From the NCBI GenBank assembly GCA_038212275.1, contig JBBQUR010000015.1, positions 1 to 64,000 on the forward strand: a stretch of 64,000 nucleotides of DNA. Reading direction: 5' to 3'. The notes below the pieces were generated by a model. It made no database searches, was not told the origin of the DNA, and saw nothing but the letters and a program-made list of their open reading frames with translations. Positions 39,432 through 48,700 of this stretch are shown piece by piece (position 1 is the first letter of the stretch; each line of letters opens with the position of its first letter). Made by a program: the position numbers and the translations under genes. Origin of the DNA: Planctomycetota bacterium (lineage in GTDB: Bacteria; Planctomycetota; B15-G4).

Positions 39432-41312
39432 TCAACGGTCCGCGGCGGGCTGAGCTTGCGGTGGAGCCTCTTGCGGTACCTCTGGCGGAGCGGCGGACGG
39501 AGCGGCGGGCCGGGCCGCGGGCGGCGGCAGCACGTAGCGATCGCCCGCGGCCGCGCCGTCGCCCGCAGCGCGCGCGCTGTCGTGCTGGAGGTAGCCCAGC
39601 GCGCCGAGCTGGCTGCTCAAGGCATCGTCCTTGATCGCGCCGGGCGCTGCGACGCGCCGCGCGACGGCCTCACTGTACGCACGCCGGAAGTCCTGCAGCG
39701 CGGCCGCCGCGTGCGCGTCGGAGAAATCCGGCGACGACGCGGCGTCCCGTTCGAGCCGCTCGCTGCCCAGGTCCTGCCACACGACGCGTTCCTCCGCGCG
39801 CTGCTGCTGGCCGGTGCGCTCCAGCTGCGCCTGCTGCTCGGGCGAGAGTCCGCTGCCGGAATCCAGCCAGTGCCGCTCGCGGAGGAGCTTGAGCGTGCCC
39901 GAGTAGAAGGCGTCGTCGACGTAGGCCGTCAACAGCTTGCGCTTGTCGTCGGGCTGCGCCGGGTCGAGGGCCACGGCGCCCTCCTGGAAGGCGACGAGGC
40001 GCGCCATCACCGCTCGCGGCGCAGCGTCGGCGCGCCCCTGCAGCAGCGACGCGAAGCTCGCGCCGAGCGTGGGCCGCGGCGGCGCGATGTCGAGCAGTTC
40101 GAGCAGCGTCGGGAGCACGTCCGTGTTGGAGACGAGGCCCGGCACGGAGCGGCCTTCGGGCAGTACGCCCGGCCACGCGACGATCAGCGGCACGCGCAGC
40201 ACCTCCTCGCACAGGTTGCGCTTGTGGCCGAGGCCGCCGTGCTCGAAGAACTCGTCGCCGTGGTCCGCCGTGACGATCACCAGCGTGTTCGCCGCCGCGT
40301 CCCCCAGCCCGTCGAGCAGCCGGCCGATCTGCTCGTCGGTCCACGCGATGTCGCCGTCGTAGAGCGCGAGCAGGTGGTCCAGGTCGCGCTGGCTGCAGGT
40401 CTGCGTGCGCCCCATCGGCCGCGCGGGATCGGGGACGCTGATCGCCCGGTTGCGCGGGACATTCGTGCCGTCCAGCGTGCCGCGATAGTCCGGATCGAAG
40501 CGCGTGTCGAAGGGCGCGGGCGGCACGTAGTCGTAGTGCGGGTCGAAGTAGTGCGCGAACACGAACCACGGCTGCCCCGGGCCGGCGTCCGCGCGGATCT
40601 CCTCGAGCGCCGCATCGGTGACGGCCGCAGAGCTGACGTCGCGATGCGAGAGCTCATCGATGCGACGGCCCGCCGCGCCGATGGCGGCGGCGATGCCCTC
40701 GGCGTCTGCCGGCTCTTGCGCCTGCGCCGGGGTCTGCGCTTGGGTCTGCGCCTGCACGTCTGCCTGCACGCCTGCCTGCGTCTGCGCCTTCGTCTGTGCC
40801 TCCACGAGCGCCGCGCGTTCGTTCGCGACGGCCGCGAGCTCCGGGCCGTAGCAGGTCCGGTAGACATCGAAGCCGCGGTCGAAGCCGAAGCTCGCGTCGA
40901 GGTATGGCCCCGACACGAAGCCCGCCGTGCGATAGCCCTGCTGCTTCAGCACGCCCGCAAGCGTCGGCGGTTCCGGGCCGAGACGGCTCTCGTCGATCTC
41001 GACGCCGTGCACGAGCAGCGGCTCGCCGGTCAGCAGCGAGATGTGCGACGGCAGCGTCCATGAGGTCGGCGCCAGCGCTTCCTCGAGCTTGCAGCCGCGC
41101 GCTGCCAGCGCATCGAGGTGCGGGCTTGGCGAAAGCTCCGGCGCGAACTTCGGGCGACCGCCGTAGCAGCCAAGCCTGTCGCGGCGCGTGCTGTCGAGGG
41201 AGATCAGCAGGATGTTCGGCCGGCGCGGCGCCTGGTCGGCCTCGTCCGAGACGCGCGAACAGGCCGCAGCCAGCAGGCAGCACGAGAGGGCGAGGGCGAG
41301 GGAAGCACGCAC
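39432..41312 (-). CDS. Sulfatase-like lipoprotein, Thr-type motif
   Basis: LLAAAC lipobox; PNILLISLDSTRRD, SWTLPSHISLLTG, HYFDPH, TADHGDEFFEHG..GH, LGALGY. Confidence 0.85.
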   Translation of the reverse strand: MRASLALALSCCLLAAACSRVSDEADQAPRRPNILLISLDSTRRDRLGCYGGRPKFAPELSPSPHLDALAARGCKLEEALAPTSWTLPSHISLLTGEPLLVHGVEIDESRLGPEPPTLAGVLKQQGYRTAGFVSGPYLDASFGFDRGFDVYRTCYGPELAAVANERAALVEAQTKAQTQAGVQADVQAQTQAQTPAQAQEPADAEGIAAAIGAAGRRIDELSHRDVSSAAVTDAALEEIRADAGPGQPWFVFAHYFDPHYDYVPPAPFDTRFDPDYRGTLDGTNVPRNRAISVPDPARPMGRTQTCSQRDLDHLLALYDGDIAWTDEQIGRLLDGLGDAAANTLVIVTADHGDEFFEHGGLGHKRNLCEEVLRVPLIVAWPGVLPEGRSVPGLVSNTDVLPTLLELLDIAPPRPTLGASFASLLQGRADAAPRAVMARLVAFQEGAVALDPAQPDDKRKLLTAYVDDAFYSGTLKLLRERHWLDSGSGLSPEQQAQLERTGQQQRAEERVVWQDLGSERLERDAASSPDFSDAHAAAALQDFRRAYSEAVARRVAAPGAIKDDALSSQLGALGYLQHDSARAAGDGAAAGDRYVLPPPAARPAAPSAAPPEVPQEAPPQAQPAADR

Positions 41313-41418
41313 CCCGGAATCCTAACCGCGGCGGATGCGCAGCCGAGGCGGGGGCCTTGAAGGCCTGCCCTTCGCACGTGGGCGCGGTCACTGGGAAGAT
41401 CGCGCCGCAGCCTTCAGC

Positions 41419-43086
41419 TCACGGCAGGCCCGCGGCAGGGTAGGTCTCCTTGAGCGCCAGATAGATGGAGTCGGCCATCGCGTTGCTGACCGTCGTCTGT
41501 TGCGAGCCGATGTCCGCCAGCTCTGCATTCAAGGGCATCGGGAGAGCCACCGAAACAGCCTGGCCGTCCTGCGTGTGCGAAAGGTTGAGGGTGAACGCTG
41601 AAACCCAGCTGCCGCCATTGATCCGGATTTCCTTCGTGTTCGCGGGCCCGTTGTACCGGGCCATGATGACCATCCACGCATCCAGCGAGACGGGCGTCGT
41701 CACGGGGGCGAGGTCCGAGTCGGCCGTCGTCCCGTTGATGTAGGAAGGCAATCGGAACTTGGCGACGCCGCCTGAGTCGCCGCTCAACTCGATCTGAGGT
41801 GCACCAAGGCCGCCGAAAGCCCCGACGAGCGGCCAGTCACCCGCCTCGATGGAGGGCGGGGTCCTGACAAGAACCCAGAGAAACCCCTCGGAAGCCCCAT
41901 AGATGTTCGCAACGTTGTTACCCGCTGGGATGGTGTTGTCGAGCCGGTCGACATTCAGTCCCGTATCCCCGGCAGTCCTCTTGAGAGTCGACAGGCCACC
42001 GAGCAATCCCGTGTGCATCGGCTGCACACCGCCTACCGTCGGGTTGAAATCCCAGGAGAGATACCCGGCCTCCCGGTGCACGGAGTTTCCCGCGCTGGCC
42101 GTTCCAAACCAGATGAATGAGACGCGGACAGGGAAAGCCGGGAAGCCGATGGTGGGCAGGACGTAGACGGTCTCGTCGTGAGGAACGATGCTCGCCCCTG
42201 CCGCGAATCGCATCGTGAGGTCAAGCGCCGAAAGGTCGGCCGGGGCGACGTAGGTAAAGGCACTCACGAGTGGCGCACTCGGCCCCGTCCCGTTCGTCGT
42301 CGTCACGTCGACCGCACCCGCCGCGTGAGCACCGGTGATCCCGGTGATCGTGGTGGCACCCGTGATGAGAAGGGAAGTCAGGTTGACGCCGCCAACGGCC
42401 GCGGAAGTCAATCCGACGGTGCTGCCAACGAACACCGTGACCGAGGACCCTCCATCGACCGACCCGATGCTCGGAACGATCGCCAAGGGTGCGCCCGTGG
42501 AAGTCGGCGCCAGGATGTCCGCCAGCTGGATCGGGTCACTTGTCCCGCCGAGCTTCAGCTTGGCCTTGGTGGGCGCGTCGAGGACGCCCTCGCCGTCGGT
42601 CGTTCCGGTGAGCTTGAAGGCCGCCTTGAATTTCGCGGTGGCAGTGCCTGTCTTCTTGTTCGGCACGAGGCTCATCGTGATCTTGGCAGTCGCCACGACG
42701 AGCGTGGTCTCGATGTCCAGGCCGGCACCGACCGCGGCTTCCTCGAGCTTGCTCTCGATCCAGTCCTGGACTTGGATCGTGCCCTCGGGGCTCAGCTCTG
42801 CTGCAAGCTTCAGACTGAACACGTTCTTGCGGGTGTAGGTGCCCGAAGCGACGACCGTTCCGTCGAACTGCGCCTCCCACGTGGCGTTCGGCAACAGCGT
42901 CACCGTCGCTTCGTAGAGTGCCTCGTCCTTGACCTTGCCGATGCCCTTGGCCGTGCCCGAGGCCGTGGCCTTGAGGCTCATCACGTGGCAGGTCGTGTCA
43001 TCGAGGTCATAGGCCGGCTTGGAGGGTGCCCAGGCAATGGCGCAGAGAGTCGCGAGAAAGACGGCGCTGTACACGCGGGTGCTCAT
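41419..43086 (-). CDS. Secreted mosaic protein with an IPT/TIG domain and a possible LamG/ConA-like C-terminus
   Basis: Signal peptide; PSIGSVDGGSSVTV..GAVDVTTTNG..AFTY IPT signature; GGAG RBS. Confidence 0.65.
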   Translation of the reverse strand: MSTRVYSAVFLATLCAIAWAPSKPAYDLDDTTCHVMSLKATASGTAKGIGKVKDEALYEATVTLLPNATWEAQFDGTVVASGTYTRKNVFSLKLAAELSPEGTIQVQDWIESKLEEAAVGAGLDIETTLVVATAKITMSLVPNKKTGTATAKFKAAFKLTGTTDGEGVLDAPTKAKLKLGGTSDPIQLADILAPTSTGAPLAIVPSIGSVDGGSSVTVFVGSTVGLTSAAVGGVNLTSLLITGATTITGITGAHAAGAVDVTTTNGTGPSAPLVSAFTYVAPADLSALDLTMRFAAGASIVPHDETVYVLPTIGFPAFPVRVSFIWFGTASAGNSVHREAGYLSWDFNPTVGGVQPMHTGLLGGLSTLKRTAGDTGLNVDRLDNTIPAGNNVANIYGASEGFLWVLVRTPPSIEAGDWPLVGAFGGLGAPQIELSGDSGGVAKFRLPSYINGTTADSDLAPVTTPVSLDAWMVIMARYNGPANTKEIRINGGSWVSAFTLNLSHTQDGQAVSVALPMPLNAELADIGSQQTTVSNAMADSIYLALKETYPAAGLP

Positions 43087-43428
43087 GGCAGGTGCTCCAG
43101 TGCCGGGCGGTTGCCCGACGCGGTATCCACCTGATCGTAGTCGTCAGCGCGCGCGGTGGCTTGTCATTTGAGGGCCGATCTGCGGAAGCGCGTCTTCGCG
43201 GCGGACGTGCCCGGCTGCCGGTGCTCGGCCCCGTGTCCACGGAAACGGGGCAAGGTCAGGGGCGCGCGGGGCGCGCACCCGCCCCCCGGCGTGTCACACC
43301 GGCGCGTGGCTCCCGATTCCATCGTGCCGGGCGAGCGGGCGACATTGCGCCTGTTCCCTCGCTGCGGTCGGCGGCGCCACGTGGCGCCGCGACGCAACTG
43401 CTTGCCACACGTCTCGGAGTCGCTCGCC

Positions 43429-44391
43429 ATGCTTCACGCCCTTCGCCACGCCTTGCCGGCCGCCGCCTGCGCGCTGCTGCTCACCTCCGGCGCAACCGCC
43501 GGCAACCTCGTCGTCAACGGCAGCTTCGAGACCGGGCCGGTGGTCAACCAGTTCATCGACCTGCCCGCCGGTTCGACGGCGATCGCCGGCTGGACCGTGG
43601 GCGGCTTCCACATCGACTACGCCGCTTCGACAACGTGGAACGCGTCGGACGGCTCGCACAGCGTCGACCTCGATGGCAGCGTCGCGACCCAACCCCGCAA
43701 CGGCTCGATCTTCCAGTCCTTCGCGACGACGCCCGGCCAGCAGTACAAGGTCACGTTCGACCTGAGCGGCAACACCTCGGGCGCCCCGACCGTGAAGCAG
43801 CTCGAAGTGAGTGCGGGCAACGCCGTGCAGGTCTACTCCTGCGACATCGGCACGATCGTGGCCTACGTGCCGCCGCTGGTGATCGTCTACAAGCCGCAGA
43901 CCTTCCTGTTCACCGCGACCTCCACCATGTCGACGCTCACGTTCAAGAGCCTCACGCAGCTCGGCCCGGCGCTGCCCGGATATGGCGCGGTCATCGACAA
44001 CGTGTGCGTCGAGCCAGCCTCTCCCTGGACCGACCTCGGCTTCGCGCTCGCCGGCGTCGCCGGCCTGCCGCAGCTCGTTGGCACGGGTCCGCTGACTGCG
44101 GGCTCGTCCGGCTCGATCGTGCTGAGCCACGCCGCGCCATCAGCGCCCTCGCTGCTCTTCATCGCGCTCGCCGCGCACCCGACGCCATTCAAGTGCGGCA
44201 CGCTGCTGCCGGTGCCGTGGGTCTCCACCTTCGCGCTCGGCACGAGCCCGGCCGGCGGCATCCCGCTCGGATGGGCCGCGTGGCCCGCGGGCCTCTCGGG
44301 CCTCTCGCTCCACTTCCAGTACGCCGTGAAGGACAACGCCGGCATCTGCGGCGTCTCACTCAGCAACGCGGTGCGCGGCAACGTGCCGTGA
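43429..44391 (+). CDS. Secreted choice-of-anchor C (DUF642-like) protein with conserved C-terminal domain, paralog 1
   Basis: Signal peptide; NLVVNGSFE..GWTV..IDY..SVDLDGS..FDLSGN..YGAVIDNV; CTD from 44026. Confidence 0.85.
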   Translation: MLHALRHALPAAACALLLTSGATAGNLVVNGSFETGPVVNQFIDLPAGSTAIAGWTVGGFHIDYAASTTWNASDGSHSVDLDGSVATQPRNGSIFQSFATTPGQQYKVTFDLSGNTSGAPTVKQLEVSAGNAVQVYSCDIGTIVAYVPPLVIVYKPQTFLFTATSTMSTLTFKSLTQLGPALPGYGAVIDNVCVEPASPWTDLGFALAGVAGLPQLVGTGPLTAGSSGSIVLSHAAPSAPSLLFIALAAHPTPFKCGTLLPVPWVSTFALGTSPAGGIPLGWAAWPAGLSGLSLHFQYAVKDNAGICGVSLSNAVRGNVP

Positions 44392-44462
44392 GGCCGGCCG
44401 CGCCGCTGCTACGTCGCCCCACTCTGCCTCCCGTCCATCACTCGATCAGGGATCTGAGAACC

Positions 44463-45428
44463 ATGACCCGACTCATCTCCCGCGCGCTGACCTCCGCCGC
44501 CTGCGCGCTGCTTCTCGCCTCCGCCGCGTCCGCCGGCAATCTCCTCGTGAACGGCAGCTTCGAGAGCGGGCCGCCCGTGCCCGGCCTCTACGTGAATCTG
44601 CTGGAAGGCTCCACCGCCATCCCCGGCTGGACCGTGGGCGAGCACCAGATCGACTACGTCGGGCCGTCGGCGTGGAACGCCTCGCAGGGACAGTTCAATC
44701 TCGACCTCGACGGCAGCGTGGGCCAGCCGCGCAACGGGTCCATCTACCAGACCTTCGCGACGACGATCGGGCAGCAGTACGTCGTGAGCTTCGACCTGAG
44801 CGGCAACATCTGGGGCCTGCCGCTGGTGAAGCAGGTGGAGGTCAGCGCCGGCAATGCCGTGGAGGTGCACTCGTTCGACATCGGCGCGGTGGTGCCGTTC
44901 GTCACGCCGGGGACGCTGTCCTACACGCACGAGACCCTCGTGTTCGTCGCGGTGTCGACGAGCACGACGCTCACCTTCAAGAGCCTCACGCAGCTCAGCT
45001 CCACCGCGCCCGACCACGGCCCGGTGCTCGACAACGTCGTCGTCGAGGCCGGCACCGCCACGTGGACCGACATCGGATTCGCGCTCGCCGGCGTCGCGGG
45101 CAAGCCGCAGCTCGACGGTACGGGCTCGCTCGTCGCAGGTTCACCCGGTGCGCTCGTGCTGAGCCACGCGGCGCCATCAGCGCCCGCACTGCTCTTCATC
45201 GCGCTCGCCGCGCACCCGACGCCATTCAAGTGCGGCACGCTGCTGCCGGTGCCGTGGGTCGTCTCCTTCGCGCTCACCACGAGCCCGGCCGGCAGCCTCA
45301 CGCTTCCATGGGCCGCGTGGCCCGCAGGCCTCTCGGGCCTCGGCATCTACTACCAGGTCGCCGTGAAGGACAACGCCGGCATCTGCGGCGCATCACTCAG
45401 CAATGCGGTGCGCGGCAAGGTGCCATGA
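44463..45428 (+). CDS. Secreted choice-of-anchor C (DUF642-like) protein with conserved C-terminal domain, paralog 2
   Basis: Colinear with paralog 1; NLLVNGSFE..HGPVLDNV; CTD from 45063. Confidence 0.85.
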   Translation: MTRLISRALTSAACALLLASAASAGNLLVNGSFESGPPVPGLYVNLLEGSTAIPGWTVGEHQIDYVGPSAWNASQGQFNLDLDGSVGQPRNGSIYQTFATTIGQQYVVSFDLSGNIWGLPLVKQVEVSAGNAVEVHSFDIGAVVPFVTPGTLSYTHETLVFVAVSTSTTLTFKSLTQLSSTAPDHGPVLDNVVVEAGTATWTDIGFALAGVAGKPQLDGTGSLVAGSPGALVLSHAAPSAPALLFIALAAHPTPFKCGTLLPVPWVVSFALTTSPAGSLTLPWAAWPAGLSGLGIYYQVAVKDNAGICGASLSNAVRGKVP

Positions 45429-45553
45429 GCCCCGCAAAGTGCTCCGCCCGCTGTGAGTGACGACCGCCCGCGAGAGGGGCGCAGGTCAAACAAGCGCCCC
45501 CCACCGTTCCGCAGCGCCCGCAGGGTGCCCTCCCTTCGGCCGTGAATGCCGGC
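45421..45553. repeat. Composite dispersed repeat; left part matches 54017-54074, right part matches 59605-59665
   Basis: CCCCGCAAAGTGxTCC..GCTGTGAGxGACGACCGCCC shared with the 54 kb copy; CAAGCGCCCCC..CCGCAGCGCCCGCAG..GCCGTGAA shared with the 59.6 kb copy. Confidence 0.75.
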
Positions 45554-45698
45554 CCGCCCGCGAAACGGCGCCACCTGGCAGCGGCAGGGCCGCAGCCGGA
45601 CCGCGCGCGGGCCGATCCGTCGATCCGGGCCCCTTCGGAGGGCGCTCCGGGCCGAGGGCGAGGTCAACTCGGGCGCTGGCCTCTGCTAGCCTGCGGCC

Positions 45699-48599
45699 GT
45701 GATGCGCAAAGGGGCCATGATCGTTGCGGTGCTGCTGGTGATGGTGGCTGCCGCGCTCGTGTTTCTAGGCCGGCCGCAGGATGCGGCGAATGACGACGTG
45801 GCCGTGCTGGCGCCGGTTTGCAGCTCGGTTGTCGAAGCCGCGACCCACGCACCCGATCTCAAGAGCGATGACACGTCGCGGTCGGCGCAGCCGCTGCACG
45901 CGCCGTTCGTCGTCGCGTCGCGCGCGGTCGATGCGCTGAACGCGGTGACAAACGCAGGCTCCGCGCGCGCGACCGCCGACGGCGCCGCACCCGCCTCCGC
46001 GTGGCGCGGTGTCGTCGTCGATGCGGATGGCGCGCCGCTGGCCGGCGCGCGCGTCGGGCGACTGCCGGCGCAAATCACTTTCAACTTCATCGCCGGACCG
46101 AGCGCGACGAACCCGACGCTGTTTGCCGACGCGACGTGGACCGACACCGGCGCCGACGGCTCGTTCGAGCTGCCATGGGCGCGGCCCGACAAGGACAACA
46201 TGCGCTGGGATGTCGTGGTGATCGGCGCCGGCCACGTGCCGCGACTGGTCCAGTGCGAGGACGCGCTGCTCGAGGGCGGCGACCTCGGCACGCTGGCACT
46301 GAGGCGCGGCGCCACTCTCACGGCGCGCCTGCTCGAAGCCGATGACACGCCTGTCGTCGGCGCGACGGTGACCGCCTCGCTGGGTCCATTCGGCGTGCGA
46401 CCCTTCACCGGCGCCCCCCCGCCGCCGCTCGGCCTGAACGAAGCGCTGCTCCAGGTGCGCACGGGAGACGACGGGCGCTTCACGCTCGCCGGGCTGCCGG
46501 GCGCGGACGTGTCGCTGCACATCAAAGCGGTGGGGCACGAGGACCTCGAGCTGCCCGTGCAAACGCTGGCGGCCGAAGGGGCGCTCGATCTGGGCGACCT
46601 GCGCATGTCGCGCGGCGGCCGCGTCTCGGGGCGCGTGCTCGATGTGCTCGGCGCACCCATCGCCGGAGCCGAAGTGCGCGCCAGCATCTCGGGACTCGAG
46701 ACACTGAAACTGTTCGAGCACGGCGTCCACTACGAGCTGGCGTCGGCGCGGTCCGGGATCACCACCGGGATTGACCGGTACAGCCTGCACGAGGCAGCGG
46801 CCTGCGTGACGGCAACCGATGCGGACGGCCGCTTTACGATCGACGGCCTCGTCAAGCCGATGTGCGCGGTGATCGCCGTGGCGCCGGGATACGAGCCGGT
46901 AGCTGCGGGCGAGTTTCCCATCGGCACGAGCGGCATCGAGCTGCGCCTGCAGCGCCTCGGCATGCTGCACGTGCGCATCGTGGACGATGCGGACGGCTCG
47001 CCGCTGGAGGACGCGACGCTGTCTCTCGTGCGCCGCCTCGGCTCCGATGCCAACTCGGAGGACGATCTTGGTGAAGCGATCGTCGTCGAGCGCTCCGGTC
47101 CGGGAGAGTTCATCGCGCACGGCATCTGCGACACGTCCTTCCTCGCGCTCGTGCGGTCGCCGGCGCTCGGCCTCGCCTTCGTGCCGCTGGACGGCCTCCC
47201 GTTCGGCCAGCTCCCTGCCGAGGCCTCGGTCGTGGTGCGCGTGCCGCGTGCGGCCTCGATCGAGGGTCGCGTCGTCACGTCGGCGGGCGAGTCCGTGCCG
47301 AAGGCGCGCGTGACACTCGCGCCCGGTTCGTATGCACAGTGCTTCGGCAAAGTACGCGAGGTCATCCTGCCGGTGGACAGGGAGGGGCGCTTCGCCTCCG
47401 GGCCGCTCCCGGCGGGACGCTGGGTCTTGACCGCCTCCGCGAAAGGACTTCACGTCGAAGCGCTCGACCTCACCCTGGTGCCGGGGCAGTCGGAGAGCGA
47501 TGTGTCGCTGCGCCTCTGCCGCGAGGTCTCGCTGTCCGTGCTGCAGCTCGACGCGGCCGGGCAGCCGGTGGTCGGCGCGCAGTTGAACGTCGTGAATGCT
47601 GCACGCCCCGCGGGTGGTGCCGATGTCCTGGGCTGGCGGAGCACAGACGCCACGGGCCGCGCAGAGTTCAGCGTGCCGGCCGGCGCGCTGCGCCTCGAGC
47701 AACGCAAGCCGCCGCTCGTCGTGGAGCTCGGCGTCCTGGCGGAGGGCGAGCAGCGCGTGTTGACGCTTCAGCAGCCGCGCGCGGCGGTGCTGCAGGGCAC
47801 GGTGCGCGCCGCTGCGTCGCCGGTTGCGGGCGCGGTGGTCTCCTTCACGCACGCCATGGGCCTGGTGCACACGACGACCGACGGCGCCGGGCGTTACCGC
47901 CTCGAGATTCCCGGCGACATGAGCGGCCGGGTGCGCGCGGTGTCGCCGCGCGGCGGCTTCGCGGTGCGGCAACTCGACACGCCGGCCGGCGCGACGCTCG
48001 ACGTGGACCTGGATTTCGGCGACCTCGTCCTGCACGGCACGGTGATCGACGTCGTCACCGGCGAGGGCGTCGCCGGGCTGTCCTTCCTGGTGTCGGGCCC
48101 CTCCGACTCGCCCTTCGTGCCCTCGGTCAAGAGCGACGCCACCGGCCGCTTCACGCTGGAGCATTTCGATGCAGGCACGTGGACCATCGGCGTGCGCGGC
48201 GACGACATCACGACGACCGAGCCCGTGGCTGTCACGTTGCCCGCCGCGCAGGACCTCGTCGTGCGCGTCGTGCGCACCGGCTCGGTGAGCGGCGTCGTGC
48301 GCCAGGCGCAGGGCTTCCCGGCAGCGAGCTTCCACTCGGTCTACCTGCTGGGTGCGGACAGCGCCGAGAACGCGGACCTGAACTGGGCGGCGCCGGGCAG
48401 TGCCGCTGCGCCGGACGGCGCTTTCCGTTTCACGGGCGTCGCGCCCGGCGACTACGTGCTGTGTGTCACGCGCCCGATGCATCGGGGAGGTCCGGGCAGG
48501 GACGTGATCGAGGCGCTGGCCTGGACGCGCGCCACCGTGCACGTGTCGTCGGGCGCCGACACCCAACAGGATCTGGTGCTGCCCGCCGGCATGCCGTGA
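45699..48599 (+). CDS. Membrane-anchored carboxypeptidase-regulatory-like (prealbumin/Ig-fold) repeat protein
   Basis: N-terminal TM; repeated G.V.D..G.P..GA.V and TD.DGRF...GL..G motifs. Confidence 0.8.
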   Translation: MMRKGAMIVAVLLVMVAAALVFLGRPQDAANDDVAVLAPVCSSVVEAATHAPDLKSDDTSRSAQPLHAPFVVASRAVDALNAVTNAGSARATADGAAPASAWRGVVVDADGAPLAGARVGRLPAQITFNFIAGPSATNPTLFADATWTDTGADGSFELPWARPDKDNMRWDVVVIGAGHVPRLVQCEDALLEGGDLGTLALRRGATLTARLLEADDTPVVGATVTASLGPFGVRPFTGAPPPPLGLNEALLQVRTGDDGRFTLAGLPGADVSLHIKAVGHEDLELPVQTLAAEGALDLGDLRMSRGGRVSGRVLDVLGAPIAGAEVRASISGLETLKLFEHGVHYELASARSGITTGIDRYSLHEAAACVTATDADGRFTIDGLVKPMCAVIAVAPGYEPVAAGEFPIGTSGIELRLQRLGMLHVRIVDDADGSPLEDATLSLVRRLGSDANSEDDLGEAIVVERSGPGEFIAHGICDTSFLALVRSPALGLAFVPLDGLPFGQLPAEASVVVRVPRAASIEGRVVTSAGESVPKARVTLAPGSYAQCFGKVREVILPVDREGRFASGPLPAGRWVLTASAKGLHVEALDLTLVPGQSESDVSLRLCREVSLSVLQLDAAGQPVVGAQLNVVNAARPAGGADVLGWRSTDATGRAEFSVPAGALRLEQRKPPLVVELGVLAEGEQRVLTLQQPRAAVLQGTVRAAASPVAGAVVSFTHAMGLVHTTTDGAGRYRLEIPGDMSGRVRAVSPRGGFAVRQLDTPAGATLDVDLDFGDLVLHGTVIDVVTGEGVAGLSFLVSGPSDSPFVPSVKSDATGRFTLEHFDAGTWTIGVRGDDITTTEPVAVTLPAAQDLVVRVVRTGSVSGVVRQAQGFPAASFHSVYLLGADSAENADLNWAAPGSAAAPDGAFRFTGVAPGDYVLCVTRPMHRGGPGRDVIEALAWTRATVHVSSGADTQQDLVLPAGMP

Positions 48600-48600
48600 C

Positions 48601-48678
48601 GCTGCGCGGTTTGCGCCGGTATGCCTGAGGCTGCGCGGTGTGCGTCGGCATGCCTGAGGCTGCGCGCGGTGCGCCGGC
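48601..48678. repeat. 29-bp tandem repeat, about 2.7 copies, between convergent genes
   Basis: GCTGCGCGGT(T/G)TGCG(C/T)CGG(T/C)ATGCCTGAG units. Confidence 0.8.
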
Positions 48679-48700
48679 TCAGCGCGCGCTCAAGGCCACT

